Origin: Chiloscyllium plagiosum
Lineage: Eukaryota
Direction of reading: 5' to 3'
DNA length: 47,176 bases
Assembly: GCF_004010195.1 (NCBI RefSeq)
Contig: NW_025214756.1
Span: 2,976 to 50,151 of the forward strand
Below are positions 35,101 to 47,176 of this stretch, one piece after another. Every line of letters starts with the position of its first letter. Positions within the stretch are counted from its first letter, which is position 1. Both the position numbers and the translations under genes were made by a program. The notes below the pieces were generated by a model. It saw nothing but the letters and a program-made list of their open reading frames with translations, made no database searches and had not been told where the DNA came from.

Positions 35101-36139
35101 AGGGCAAATAAAGGTGGATAGTAATTACTGGCCTTTTGTCAGCGATTTCAACACCTCATGAAAGATGGGGAGAAAAATCTTATTTTAAGCATCTACTCAA
35201 CTAACAAGATCTGCAACATTTTCTACAGTAAAAAGAATGTGTATGGATCTGAATGTCATGTTAGTCAAGTGGCAATGTCACCTCTATAGGACTTGGTAAG
35301 GACTAAACTGCAGAGATTCTGAGCGAGGGTCCGGATGGTACTCTGTGAGGGATTTGTTTTTGTAGGTAGGTGAGAATACCCATTAATGGGAAGCGTTGTG
35401 ATTGAATTTGTTGCAAGCCTCCCTTCACTTCAAGTTTCCCATGATTTCTGTGACTCATCTGAAGCCTGGACATTTACATTGTCATGGAATTATTAATGAA
35501 TATTTATATTAATGCTTTGTGTCGAGAGACCTCTGTTGATGAGTTAAGTCCTAATCTTTCATTAAATTCAACAGGTCAGGGAGAATAATGGGCAAATGGC
35601 AGTTACAACATACTTTTCAAATTTCTGACAGTGGCAGGAGCAAGGAAATCTCTCTCCCTGCTAGCAGGATAGAGGAGCAAGAATTCTCTTTATTCTTGCT
35701 GCTGATGGCTAAGCCAGCATTTGTTTCCCTCTAAGGTAGTAATGAGCTGCTGACATCCTTATAATGTACACAGGCCCACAGTGCAATTGAGGAAGGAGGA
35801 CAATGACATGACTTTACTTCATGGATCGGTCTGTATTGAGATATTTTTGCCGCACAGGGTCCCTGAGATGGAAATGTGAACGCTCGTATTTTGAAGATTA
35901 TTCTCCCTTGTGACATTGCAAAATGAATGAAGGATGCAAATCTGTCGAGGAAACGAGGCAAGATTGATTTGGAAATGAGATTAAAGGGATTTATTCGAAG
36001 TCGATAGCCAGTAGTAAGCTGCCAAGGCCCAAGCAGCTGCTTGGACATACAGAAATGCTTAGGTATAGTGTCTGTGACTATGACTGATTTGGCTTTTACC
36101 ATCCTTAAAGGCTATTAAAACTGTGTGCAAAAATGAAAA

Positions 36140-36378
36140 ATATGACTTGTAAAATACACTGTATGAACACCAAATATCTCAAACTACTTTACAAGTGAAG
36201 TGTTTTGAAGAGTGGTCATTGTTGTGATTAGGAAACATGTACACAACACTTGCACACAGGAATGTCCGTTTGTTCTGATAAGTACAAGAGCAGCTTGCCT
36301 CTTGTTTCAGCAATAAACTGCAGTGTGACATTTCTTTGGTGCGATGTTGATTGAGGGAAAATATTGACTGGGACAACT
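36140..36378 (-). mobile_element. DeuSINE-like fragment hosting a Penelope-like insertion
   Basis: gaagtgttttgaagagtggtcattgttgtg..aggaaac..gatgttgattgagggaaaatattgactgggaca. Confidence 0.6.
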
Positions 36379-36390
36379 CACATATCTTTA

Positions 36391-36873
36391 TGATTTGGAG
36401 ATGCCGGTGTTGGACTGGGGTGTACAAAGTTAAAAATCACACAACACCAGGTTATAGTCCAACAGGTTTAATTGGAAGCACACTAGCTTTCGGAGCATAC
36501 TAGCTTTCGGAGCGACAATCACCTGATAAAGGAGCGTTGCTCCGAAAGCTAGTGTGCTTCCAGTTAACCGGGCGGCACGGTGACACAGTGGTTAGCACTG
36601 CTGCCTCACAGCGCCTGAGACCCGGGTTCAATTCCCGCCTCAGGCGACTGACTGTGTGGAGTTTGCACATTCTCCCCGTGTCTGCGTGGGTTTCCTCCGG
36701 GTGCTCCGGTTTCCTCCCACAGTCCAAAAGATGTGCAGGTCAGGTGAATTGGCCATGCTAAATTGCCCGTAGTGTCTTCGGCGGGTCGGTGTGGACTTGT
36801 TGGCCCGAAGGGCCTGTTTCCACGCTGTAATGTAATCTAAAAAATCTAAACCTGGTGTTGTGTGATTTTTAAC
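36391..36873. mobile_element. Penelope-like insertion with inverted arms and hammerhead-type core, containing a nested SINE
   Basis: 12-bp direct repeat CACATATCTTTA (36379-36390 and 36874-36885); arms gttaaaaatcacacaacaccaggtt / aacctggtgttgtgtgatttttaac; core CTGATAA-a-GGAGC-gtt-GCTCC-GAAAGCTA at 36523-36551. Confidence 0.8.
36570..36847 (+). mobile_element. Young HE1-type SINE with intact 5' end
   Basis: gggcggcacggtgacacagtggttagcactgctgcctcacagcgcc..gggttcaattccc; CpGs retained; (aatcta) tail. Confidence 0.92.
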
Positions 36874-36979
36874 CACATATCTTTAGTTCTACTATTAAAA
36901 CAGTAAGTTTGATGGGTGATCTCATATTGAGACTCTGCAATAAAGATTTCTGATTATTTCATTCAAAAAGACAAATTTT

Positions 36980-37330
36980 CTTTTACTCATTCACAGGGTG
37001 TGGGTGTTACTGGCTAAGCCAGCATTTATTGCCCATCCCTAATTGCTCAGAGGGTAGTTGAGTCAATCACATTGTTGTGAGTCTGGAGTCACGTTTAGGC
37101 TAGACCATGTAAGTATTGCAGTTCCCTTCCCTAAAGGGCATTAGTGAACCAGATAGATTTTTCTGACAATCAATGATGGATTCATGGTCATCATTAGACT
37201 CTTAATGCCAGGTTTTTTAAAATTAAATTCAGATTCCACCATCTTTTGTGACGGGATTTGAAACCTTGTCCCTAGAACATAACCTGGAATTAACGGTCTA
37301 GCAATAATACTACGAGGCTGTCATCTCCCC
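36980..37330 (-). mobile_element. tRNA-derived SINE, same family as 20252-20700
   Basis: ccagcatttattgcccatccctaattg..gtctggagtcac..cattagtgaaccagat..gggatttgaa. Confidence 0.8.
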
Positions 37331-37969
37331 TTGTTTGTCAATAACTGCAAGAAGTTGTTAAATAATTAAAGCACATTGAATCTCTGACAACGGATTCAAG
37401 TTATAATTGCATTCTGGTTGTTTAAGTATCTGATCTGTTCTTATTTCTGCTATCATTTCTCATCTTCAAATTAATTTGACTGTGTAGGCTTTAGATCTTG
37501 GTTTTGGCAGTCTACCCTTGCCTTTTTGAGGCAACTGTCATGGTCAAAATGGGGAAAGACATGCATTTTAGGTAGAGTATTACAATTTAAACATTGGCTC
37601 TTGAAGACTACAATTGTCTTGAGCTACATTAGCTTGTACTAAAATTTCAAGGGGTTGTCAACCAGCCATTGAATTAAGGGAAGCTTGTTTGGACAAACTT
37701 GCCTATTTTTGAAATATTAAAACTTGTAATTGTGGAGATTCCTTTTTTTTTCTTAACGAGAAAGCCACCTGAAATCTTTTGAAGCTTGATTGCCATTTTT
37801 CCACTCCTTTGGATCTTTGTCTTCCCTGGAAGAAGCTTTGCAGGTTACTGAACTGAACTTGAACTAGTTTGGCTGGCTTTGGTTCACTGACTGTGCAGAA
37901 TAATTACTCAGGCAGGTACCTCAGCAAGGTAAAAGCTCAAGAAAAGAAAGCAAACTCAAATCGGACGGA

Positions 37970-38852
37970 TAGAGTTATAGAGTCATAGAGATGTATAGCA
38001 TGGAAAAAGACCCTTCGGTCCAACTCACCCATGCCGACCAGACACCCCAACCTAATGTAGTCCCATTTGACAGCACCTGGCCCATATCCCTCTAAACCCA
38101 TTCTATTCATATACCCATCCAGGTGCCTTTTAAATGCTGTAATTATACCAGCCTCCACCACTTCCTCTGCCAGCTCATTCCATACATGCACTATCCTCAG
38201 TGTGATAAGATTGTCCCTTGGGTCCCTTTTATATCTGTCCCCTCACATCCGAAACCTTTATTTTTTGGACTCCCCACCCCAGGGAAAAGACCTTGTCTAT
38301 TTATCCTATCCATGCCCCACATGATTTTATAAACCTCTATAAGGTCACCCCTCAGCCTCCAACACTTCAGGGAAAACAGTCCCAGCCTATTCAACCTCTC
38401 CCTATAGCTCAAATCCTCCTGGCAATATCCTTGTAAATCTTTTCTGAACCCATTTCAAGTTTCACAACATTCTTCCAATAGGAAGGAGACCAGAATTGCA
38501 TGCAACATTTCAACAGTGGCCTAACTAATGTCCTGTACAGCTGCAACATGACTTCCCAACTCCTATACTCAATACTCTGACCAATAAAAGAAAGCATACC
38601 AAACGCCTGCTTCACTATCCTATCTACCTGCTGACTCTACTTTCAAGGAACTATGAACCTGCACTCCAAGGTCTCTTTGTTCAGCAACACTCCCTAGGAC
38701 CTTACCATTAAGTGTATAAGTCCTGCTCTGATTTGCTTTCCCAAAATGCAGCACCTCAGGCTTTTTGAAATTAAACTCCACCTGCCACTCCTTAGCCTAT
38801 TAGCCCATCTGATCAAGATCCCTTTGTACTCGTGAGGTAACCTTCTTCACTG
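37970..38852 (-). mobile_element. 5'-truncated CR1-type (HER1-like) LINE, same family as 2611-3316
   Basis: AFGMLSFIGQSIEYRSWEVMLQLYRTLVRPLL..QFWSP, SYRERLNRLGLFSL..RLRGDLIEVYKIM and VWNEL.EEVVEAG motifs. Confidence 0.92.
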
Positions 38853-40554
38853 TGGAAGTCAGTCATTCATGTCGCACACATGAGCTAGAGCTTACAGCAA
38901 CAGAGACCAAGGTCTAAATGAATGGCAGAATGGCAGAAAACCCGTAGCCTTTTACCTACATCTCCAGCAGGCATGACACATTTGCGGAGATGGCAATGAT
39001 GAGTATCATTGAATAATTTATTTACCTCACTGATTGCCATAGTTATAACCAAGGCCATCCAGAGGCTTGAGATTTATCTCAATGGGGCTGATTTTGCTCT
39101 CTGTAGTTTACCTTTGCCATATTGCTTATAGAATTCTTCACTGAGGTCAAAGGGGTCCAGGAAGGGCCAAAATACCTGTGACAAATTGCTAGGAAGATAG
39201 GAACATGTTCCCTGACATTGAACCAAAACAGTGTCTATTGGTGGAGTTATTGTATTTTTAAATGCTTATGATATTGTTTGATATAGGATGTGTAGGACTG
39301 ACTTGTTGTCAAGACCAATATTTAGCAGAAATTCCTGAGTATGTCTTTCCAGAGTAATGTTACTTAGATACAACATACTGGTTCAAGAGTTGTGATTATC
39401 TTTAGCTTGAGAATGTATTTCTGGACTTTTGAGCCAGGTAAGCAAGTCAACTAATTCTGTCAGATAGCTTACTATCTCATTCATTACCCACCCAGACTTG
39501 CGTTTTTGGATTTGTGTCTGTGTATAGAAAATGCCTATTTGACAGTGAACAGGAACACTTGGGGACAACACAAGCTGTGCATGCATTGAGTAATACACCT
39601 TTATGAAACTTCCGAAACATGAATGGGTGCAACAGTATAAACCAAAACGAAAGAACAAAGAGTCATTTTTCTTTTGATAACAGCCTCAATTAAGTTAAAA
39701 CTTGCCACCGTGGCATGAGAACAAATAAATGTGATGTGGAAGAAAGTACTGAAAATTCCGCCAATAGGATCTCTGTTGGGTGCAGTGAGACCCAGGTCTA
39801 CAGAGGGTTCTTGTCGAGACAGTAGATTTTAATTGATTCCAGAAGGATCAATTACTGTTATAAGAGGTGCCACAGAGTAATTTTACCTAAATAAAAAAAA
39901 AACACCTTTTTTCTATCCTTGAGGTTTGTTCCGGGGCTTTGCCTCTTACTTTCAGACCCTAGCAGCAGTAGCAGTGTGGAATGGATTCCTCTGCCATACC
40001 TCAGAATATTGTAGCTGGTAGACAGTTGTGGTCTGTTTCTTAAAGATGCAGATGTTATTTCACGTGAATAACTTGAGATGAAGTAACACCTACAGACACA
40101 AAGGAACATAAATAGATACATTTGTTTCTCAAATGGCACAAGTCCATAGCTTGTGCTGATGGGCATTCAATACAATGTGCAATACTTTAAAACTGAACTT
40201 AAAAGTTAAACAGTTTGTTTATAATATTATTTTCCAATGCCTGTTTGAGGGAATTGTTTAAGCAGAAGGCAGATATTCCCATTTAAGTTGGTTTCCAGAA
40301 TGATCCGCAGTTACTTCTTATGATGTTGGAAAAGTAGGATTGCAGCTGCTACGTTGTTATAACATGTCTCCTGAGTGTCAAACTTCTGTTTTGTTTTCAA
40401 TTTCTATTGCAGGAGGTTTTCTCCTGTTCTTCTTTCTTGGTGTTCATTATGTTACACCACTCCAAGGGGAGAGTGACTATTTCTATGGTAACCAGTATAC
40501 ATATTGTATCGCTGAGGGCAAATGGAAATTATTGAGGAGCATGGGCTTTTCCAA

Positions 40555-41345
40555 AAAAGGATATGGACATTACTGGCTAGGCCAAAGTTTATTGTCCATC
40601 CCTAATTGCCCTCAAGAAGGTGACCCTTCTTGAAACACTACAATTCATGGATGTAGGTACACCCACAGTGCTGCTAGGGAGGAGTCCCAAGAATTTGGCC
40701 TAGCAACAGTATTGGAATAACACCATAGTTCTCAGTCAGGATGGTGAGTGGCTTGGAAGGGAAGTTGCAGGTGGTGGTGTTCCCAGGCGTCTGCTGCCCT
40801 GGAATTTCTAGGTGGTAGAAGTCGCAGGTTTTGAAGGTACTGTCAAAGGAGGGTTAACTCCCCGGATGTTGATAGTGGAAGATTGTGCAATGGTAACTCA
40901 ATTCGACATCAGAGGGTAATTGTTGGATTCTCTCTTGTTGGAGATAATCATTGCCTGGCACTAGTGTGACACAGTCTTACTTGCTGTGTATCAGCCCAAT
41001 GCTAGATGTTGTCCACATTTTGCTGGATGTGAACGTGGTTTGCGTCATTATCTGAAGAGTCATGAATAGTGCTAAATATCGTGTAATCACTGCATAACAT
41101 CCCCACTTCTAACCTTATGATGGAGGGGAAGGTGAAGCAACTGAAGCTGGTTGGGACTTAAGACCCTGAGGAATACCTGCAGTGATGTCCTGGGATTCAG
41201 ATGTTTGACTTTCGACAACCACAACTGTCTTCCTTTGTGCTAGCAATGACTCCAATCACTGAAGAGCTTTTGCCTTGATTTTCATTGATTCCCAGTTTGC
41301 TTAGGGTTTCTTAGTGATATACTCAATCAAATTCTGCCTGCTATA
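40555..41345 (-). mobile_element. LINE fragment, reverse copy of the 22550-23190 family
   Basis: tttattgtccatccctaattgccct..ggaagggaagttgcaggtggtggtgttccca..tctgctgccct. Confidence 0.75.
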
Positions 41346-41674
41346 AAGGGGAATCCCTCTTATCTTATCATTTAGGACCAGAAGAATAGTATTCAGCCTT
41401 TCAATCCTGCAATGTTATTCAGTAAGATCAGGACTGGTTTGTTCATGATCTCAATTTAATTTCTCTGTTTCCCATAACTGCTGACTCCTGTAAAAAAATC
41501 CTTCCAACTCAGCCTTGAATAAATTCAGTGATCCAGATGGGGAAGAGAATTCCATACATTGATTGCCTCTGAGTTTTTCCCCTCATATGCATAGTTTGAG
41601 TCTGTCCCATGAGGGGAAATATTGTTCTGTTATCTACCCTGTCAAGTCCTGTCAGGCTGTTATGTTTTATTGAG

Positions 41675-42800
41675 GTCATAGAGTCGTAGGGTTGTCCAGC
41701 ATTGGTCCAACTCATCCACACTGACCAGATATCCTCAATAAATCTAGTCCCATTTGCCAGTATTTGGCTCAGATTCCTCTAAACACTTCCTATTCATATA
41801 TGATCCAAGAAGCCTTTTAAATAATGTAATTGCACCAGCCTACGCCACTTTGGTAGCTTGTTACATCCACACACCATCCTCTGCGTGAAAACATTGCCCC
41901 TTAGGTCCCCTTTAAATCTTTCCCCTCTCACCTTAAACCTATGCCTTCTAGTTTTAGATTACCCTACCCTGGGGAAAAGACCTTGACTATTCACCCTATC
42001 CATGATCCTCATGATTTTATAAACTTTTGTAAGTTTACCCCTCAGCCTCCGTCACTCCAAGGAAAATAACCTCAACCTATTCAGCCTCTCCATATAGCTC
42101 AAACCCTCAAACCCCAGCAACATCCTTATAACTCTTTTCTGAACCCTTTCAAGTTTAACAACGTATTTCCTATAGCAAGGAGACCAGAACTAAATGCCGT
42201 ACAGTCATTTCTTCTGTAATGCAATGGTTGCGTTACTGTATGACTCCACGCTATATAAAAATTGCACAATAAAAATAGCACTTAAATAGTAATTACATTA
42301 TAACCAACACACATTTTAAAAGTTCACATTTTAAAAACATAATCCCCTATTTGTCAGTTGCGTTACAGCCTTTTCATGTAGTCGAAATGTGAGTTATAGC
42401 AGAATGACCTGTATTCCAAAAATGACCGAACCAATGTCATGTACAGCTGTGACTTCCATTCTGTGATACTTAATGCACTGACAAGTAAAGGAAAGCATAT
42501 AAAATGCCTTCTTCACTACCCTGTCTATCTGCGACTCCATTTTCAAGGCACTCCAAGGTCTTTTTGTTTTGCAATGCACCCTAGGTCCTTAGCATTAAAT
42601 GTATAAGTCCCACCTTGATTTGCTCTACCAAAATGTAACACCTCACATTTATCGTGATTAAACTCCATCTGCCACTCCTCAGCCCATTGGCCCATTTGAT
42701 CAAGGTCCCATTGTTCTCTAAGGTACTTCTTTGCTCTCCACCACACCACTGATCTTGTTGTCATCTGCAAACTCGCTAACTATATCTCCTATGTTCACAT
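41675..42800 (-). mobile_element. CR1-type (HER1-like) LINE interrupted by a MITE
   Basis: gtcatctgcaaac (FADD), WAEEWQMEFN.DKCEVLHFG and QIDRVVKKAF.ML motifs; typical tail. Confidence 0.9.
42202..42411. mobile_element. Non-autonomous Tc1/mariner (Tigger/pogo-like) MITE
   Basis: TA duplicated at 42200-42201 and 42412-42413; imperfect TIRs CAGTCATTTCTTCTGTAA / TTATAGCAGAATGACCTG; splits a contiguous CR1 sequence. Confidence 0.7.
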
Positions 42801-42809
42801 TTGTATTGT

Positions 42810-43830
42810 ATGTATATTGAATATGGTTGAGGTCCCAGTACCAATTCCTGTGGCACACCACTTGTTTCATCTTGCTAACATGAAGAAGATTGAATAATAC
42901 TTATTCTCTGATTCGTGTTAGTCTATTAATAGTCTAACCATGCCAATGTTTTATCCCCTACACCATGAACTTTTATTTTCCACCATAACCTTTAGGACAC
43001 CTTAGCTAATGCCTTCTGGGAATCCTTAGTACCGTACATTTACAAGTTTTCCTTTATAACACATATTAATTCCTCAAAGAACTCCACTAGATTGGTCACG
43101 CATAGAACTCCACTAGATTTTGCTTCACGTAACCATGTTGATGTTGTCTGAATACTTTGAACTTACCCAAGTGCCTGCTGTATCTTTTTTAATAATAACA
43201 TTTTCTCTCCGACAAATGTTCAACTCTTCGTCTCCTACTTTCTGTCTCCTTCCACTTTTGAATAAAGGAGATACATTTGTTATCTTCCAAACTAATGAGG
43301 CTGTCCTAGAATGAAGGGGGTTTTCACAACTAAAAGTAATGTATCAACTATCACATTAGCTACTTTGTTTAAACTCTAGGATGAATTTCATCAGGACCCA
43401 AGCACTTGTTGACCTGAAGCTCTAACAATTACTCAGTAACACTTCTCTAGTGATTGGGGTTTTCCTGAGTTTCTCCTTCCCCCTTCATTTTCTTATATAT
43501 TGCTTCTTCTGGGATGTTACTTGTACCTTCTACAGTGAAGGCTGATGCAAAATACCTATTAAACTCATCTGCTATTTTCTAATTTTCCATTATTAGTCCT
43601 CAAGTTTGGCTTTCTCTATGACCAACACTCACTTTAACTCTTTTTTTTCTTTTGTATACTTATGGAAACTCTTTGCATCTGTTTTTATATTTCTGGTTAG
43701 CTTTCTTTCATCTCAAACTTCTCCTTCTTTATTAATTTTGGATCATTCTTTGTTTTTTATATTTGTTCAATTTTCTGATCCGACTCCTGTCCTTGCACAA
43801 CTTAGGCTTTTTCTTTATGTTTGATACTAT
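42810..43830 (-). mobile_element. Old degraded CR1-type LINE
   Basis: Decayed RT-region motifs (aatgccttctgggaatcc, tttcatcaggaccc = GPDEI on the minus strand). Confidence 0.6.
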
Positions 43831-45561
43831 CTGTATGGTGTTAAATCCATGTTAACGTCTGTATGATACAAAATGTTACCCTCCCTTGGAGAATATTGTC
43901 GTCAACCATTAATTAAAATCAATTATAGTGGGCATTTTATTGTTAATATTTCTTTAAGTATTGTTTGTTGAGAGCCTGCATCATTCTATATAAAGTAACC
44001 TACTGAAAGTTCAGCCTTTTATTTATCTGAGCTTTACTTTCTTGAAGTGTTATTTATTTGATTTGAACTTATGCATTGCCCAAGTTTTGATATTTGTGAG
44101 TGATATCTTAGTCACCGATTGGTTGTGAGAGTGATTTAAAAATGTGTATGTCTGAACCTTTGAGTGTAACCATCAAACATATTCGATCACCGAACTTATG
44201 AAGTTGCTTTATTAATTATGTTTCCTTCTTTAAGTTTGTTTTTTTTTAGTCTGAGACATGTCAAAATGATTCGGAACAGTTGGTTGTGGATTGGATTTGA
44301 AATCTTTAATAAGAGAGAATACAATTTAACATGGTTCGAGTCCCAGATAATGTCAGTTCTCCCAGCTGAGCTAAGGTTATAATGTAAGCATTTGAGTCTT
44401 TTTATGCACATGATGACCATTTAATTTCCACACACTTGCTTTTACCAGATTAATCTGTCTGGTTGGGTTGAAGGTTTATGGGTGAATGGATCTGGATATG
44501 ATCAATGTTTTCCTTCTTTCTGGTTTCTCCCCAAAATATTCTGATCCTTTAAGGACAAGTGATATTGACCAGCTTGGTTCAAATTATTCAATGTAATATC
44601 AAATGTGAGCTGACATGTTGGTTTGCTGTATTTTCTTGAACCTGGGCAGAACTTCCATTGTTGAAAATGAATTGTGACCAGTGGAATCAACATGAACATG
44701 GATGGTTGTACCTGGTCATTTTTGTTGCTCAATTCTTGATCATTGCTCTAAAAGACCAGAAACAACTGATAATCTTTCAATATGGCTGATGAACTTTGTA
44801 TTTCCACTATAGGATGCGGAGAATTTCCAAAGCTGTAACATTTGAGGAACCATATCTTAGTTCCTGACTGACTTGTAAGAATGATGTCAGTACACAATGT
44901 GGGCACCTTGAATTTTTGTCTCTTTAATATAATCTCCAATTAAAAAAGCTTGAAGGTTTAATTAGATCACCTTAAAATCTTGTCCTTTCTAAAGAAAGAA
45001 AGCACAAAGTCTTTAACCTTTTACAAATAACTCAAATTCCTGATGTTCCGAATCATCATTTGGCTCTGAACCTTCAGTTGACCAGAACAGCATATGATAT
45101 TCCAGACTCAGTTTGGTCAATTCCTTATATAGCAGCAAAATCACCTTTTCTTGGCTTGACAATCCAGTTTTGACTCGAGTGTGATGTGTGATTTGTTTTT
45201 TGCAACTTCAATGTACCAGTACAGCTGCAATCTCCTTCTGTCTCCCCTGCATTTCTTGGATATCTTGTTTTATTTTCTAACTGCTGGAAATTATCAGGCT
45301 TTCATCTAAAAACCCCTTCCCCCCAGAAATTCCCAACACCCACACTCCCACCCACTCCCTCGTCCCAACCCCAAAGTATCCTCCAAGATTGAAATGTAGA
45401 TCATGCCTAAGAAATATTTATAACAGATTGTTAGTTACCCATGACTGTGTCATTATTTGACTGAGACACTTTCAGATTTGCTCACCTTTGTAGGGATTAT
45501 TCAAGTACAATATAGGGAGGAGGAGTGCTTTGGAGTACATTGTCTGTGTTCAGTAATGCTC

Positions 45562-45950
45562 ACATAAGAACTAGGAGCAGGAGTAGGCAAGTCAGCCTGT
45601 GTGCTTTTTAGTATGATCATAACTGATCTCAGCTTGGCCTCAACTCCACTTTCCTGCTCCTCCCCATTCCCCTTTATCCCATTACTGATTAAAAATCTGT
45701 CTATCTCCTTCTTTAAATTTATTCTGCACCCAGCGTCCACTACTCTCTGGGGCAGTGAATTCTATAGATTCACAGCCCTTTGAGAGAAGTAATTCCTCCT
45801 CATCTTTGCTTTATATCTGCCACCCTTTGGTCTGAAATAATGACCCCTTATTCTAGATTGCCCCAACATGAGGAAACATCCTCTTTGTCAATCTCCTTTA
45901 GCAAGCTAAATACCTCAAATAGATCTCCTCACATCCTTCTAAACTCTAGC
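45562..45950 (-). mobile_element. LINE 3' end
   Basis: cataagaactaggagcaggagtaggc tail; FKKEIDRFL-type motif. Confidence 0.8.
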
Positions 45951-46164
45951 TCAGTCATTCCTATCAGACCTGTGTGCTACATATAAATAGAGGCCAGCAA
46001 GCCATATGTGATGAATGATTCATAAGTATTTCCATCAAGCTAGAAAATGAGACTGATTAAACGCTGCTGGCTGTGCGAATCAGAAATTCTGTTGGTATGC
46101 TAGTGTTTGTATTAATGGAATTTGTTGGACTATTTACCAATATTTCCACCGCCCTTGTTGTGAA

Positions 46165-47176
46165 TAGGGGAGGCTGTGACAGTGGAATAATGTTACTGGA
46201 CTAGTAATCTAGAGGTCCATCGTGATGGTAGATGCTCAAATCTGAATTCAATTGAAGTCTGTTTTGAAAAGCAAGTCTAAGGGTGTTGACCATGTTGGAA
46301 ATGCCCATCCAATGTTCTTTTTAGGGAATGAAACCTGGCATCCATATCTGGCCTGGCCTACATTTGATGCCATATCTGCACCAATGTAGTTGATTCTTAG
46401 CAGCCTTCAGCAAGCCTCTCAGTTGTGTTGAAGCTAACACAAAGTCTAGGTGGAGGTTCCAAAAGTATTCTCATCCTCAGCAATAGCGTAGCCGGCACAT
46501 CAGTGCTAAAGACCAGGCTGAAACATTTCCATTAGTTTTCAACCAGAAGAGCCAAGTGGGTAAAGTCTGGGCCTCCTCCTGAAACCCCCAGCATTGCAGA
46601 TGCCAGTCTTCAAACAATTCGATTCAATTCACTTGATCTCAAGAAGCAGCTGAAGGTACTAGATACTGCAGAGGCCATGGGCCCTGACAATATTCTGGCA
46701 ATAGTATCGAAGACTTGTGCACCAGAACTAACTGCATCTCCAGTCAAGATATTCATGTACAGCTGTGACATAGGCATCCACCAACAACATGAGCAATTTT
46801 TCAGATATGAACAGCACACAAAAAGCAAGACAATTCCATCAACCATCCTGTCAAGCAAGCAGCACCTGCTCAGCACTAACTTGCTCAGTGATGCCCAGTT
46901 TGGGTCTGGCAGGGCCATTCAGCTCCTGACATCATTGGTTCAAACAGGGACAAAAGCGCAGAGATGAAGTAACGGTGATTGCCTTTGACATCCCGGTTAC
47001 ATTTGACTGACTGAGGTGATAAGGAGCCCCAGCAAAACTAGAATCAATGATACAGGGGGAAACCCTATTGGTTGAAATTTTATTCAGCACAAAGGAAAAT
47101 GGTTGGAGTTATTGGAGGTCAATCATCTTAATTCCAAGACATCCCTGCAGGAGTTCCTGGACCCAACCATCTTCAG
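46165..47176 (+). mobile_element. Decayed SINE (46165-46440) followed by LINE RT fragment
   Basis: KAMGPD-like GPDNILAIVSKTCAPEL and LLSDAQFG motifs; runs off the window end. Confidence 0.8.

Noticed and set aside
36570..36645. tRNA gene
   Set aside because: The A/B boxes belong to the tRNA-derived head of an HE1-type SINE, followed by SINE body and tail.
40380..40500. Strong acceptor-like tttctattgcAG as candidate CAMK1 exon 3
   Set aside because: Downstream sequence does not encode GAFSEV or any kinase motif in any frame.
43079..43119. 16-bp direct repeat AGAACTCCACTAGATT
   Set aside because: Small local duplication inside an old LINE; no functional implication.

Overview
Cartilaginous-fish (shark-type) genomic DNA, judged from HE1-type SINEs, CR1-type LINEs and shark Penelope-like remnants. 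There are two blocks with an abrupt join at ~13785. Left block (1-13785): two tandem, intact minus-strand B30.2 (PRY-SPRY) terminal exons of a TRIM/butyrophilin-like gene, 827 bp apart. Each has its own branch point and 3' splice acceptor, and they differ mainly by amino-acid-changing substitutions in the putative ligand-binding loops. GA/GT-rich DNA follows, including ~17 essentially identical 528-bp tandem units. I could not find the upstream exons of this gene. Right block (13786-47176): TE-dense DNA holding a CpG-rich promoter (CCAAT, GC box, CRE), a non-coding exon 1 and the first coding exon of CAMK1 (+ strand; missed by the ORF track), then the start of a >19 kb intron. Several Penelope-like remnants carry degenerate minimal hammerhead-ribozyme cores. 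The best candidate for something new is the pair of diversified, potentially alternatively spliced B30.2 exons. The 3000-aa ORFs are repeat artefacts. TE boundaries are approximate and all family assignments were made by eye, without database searches.
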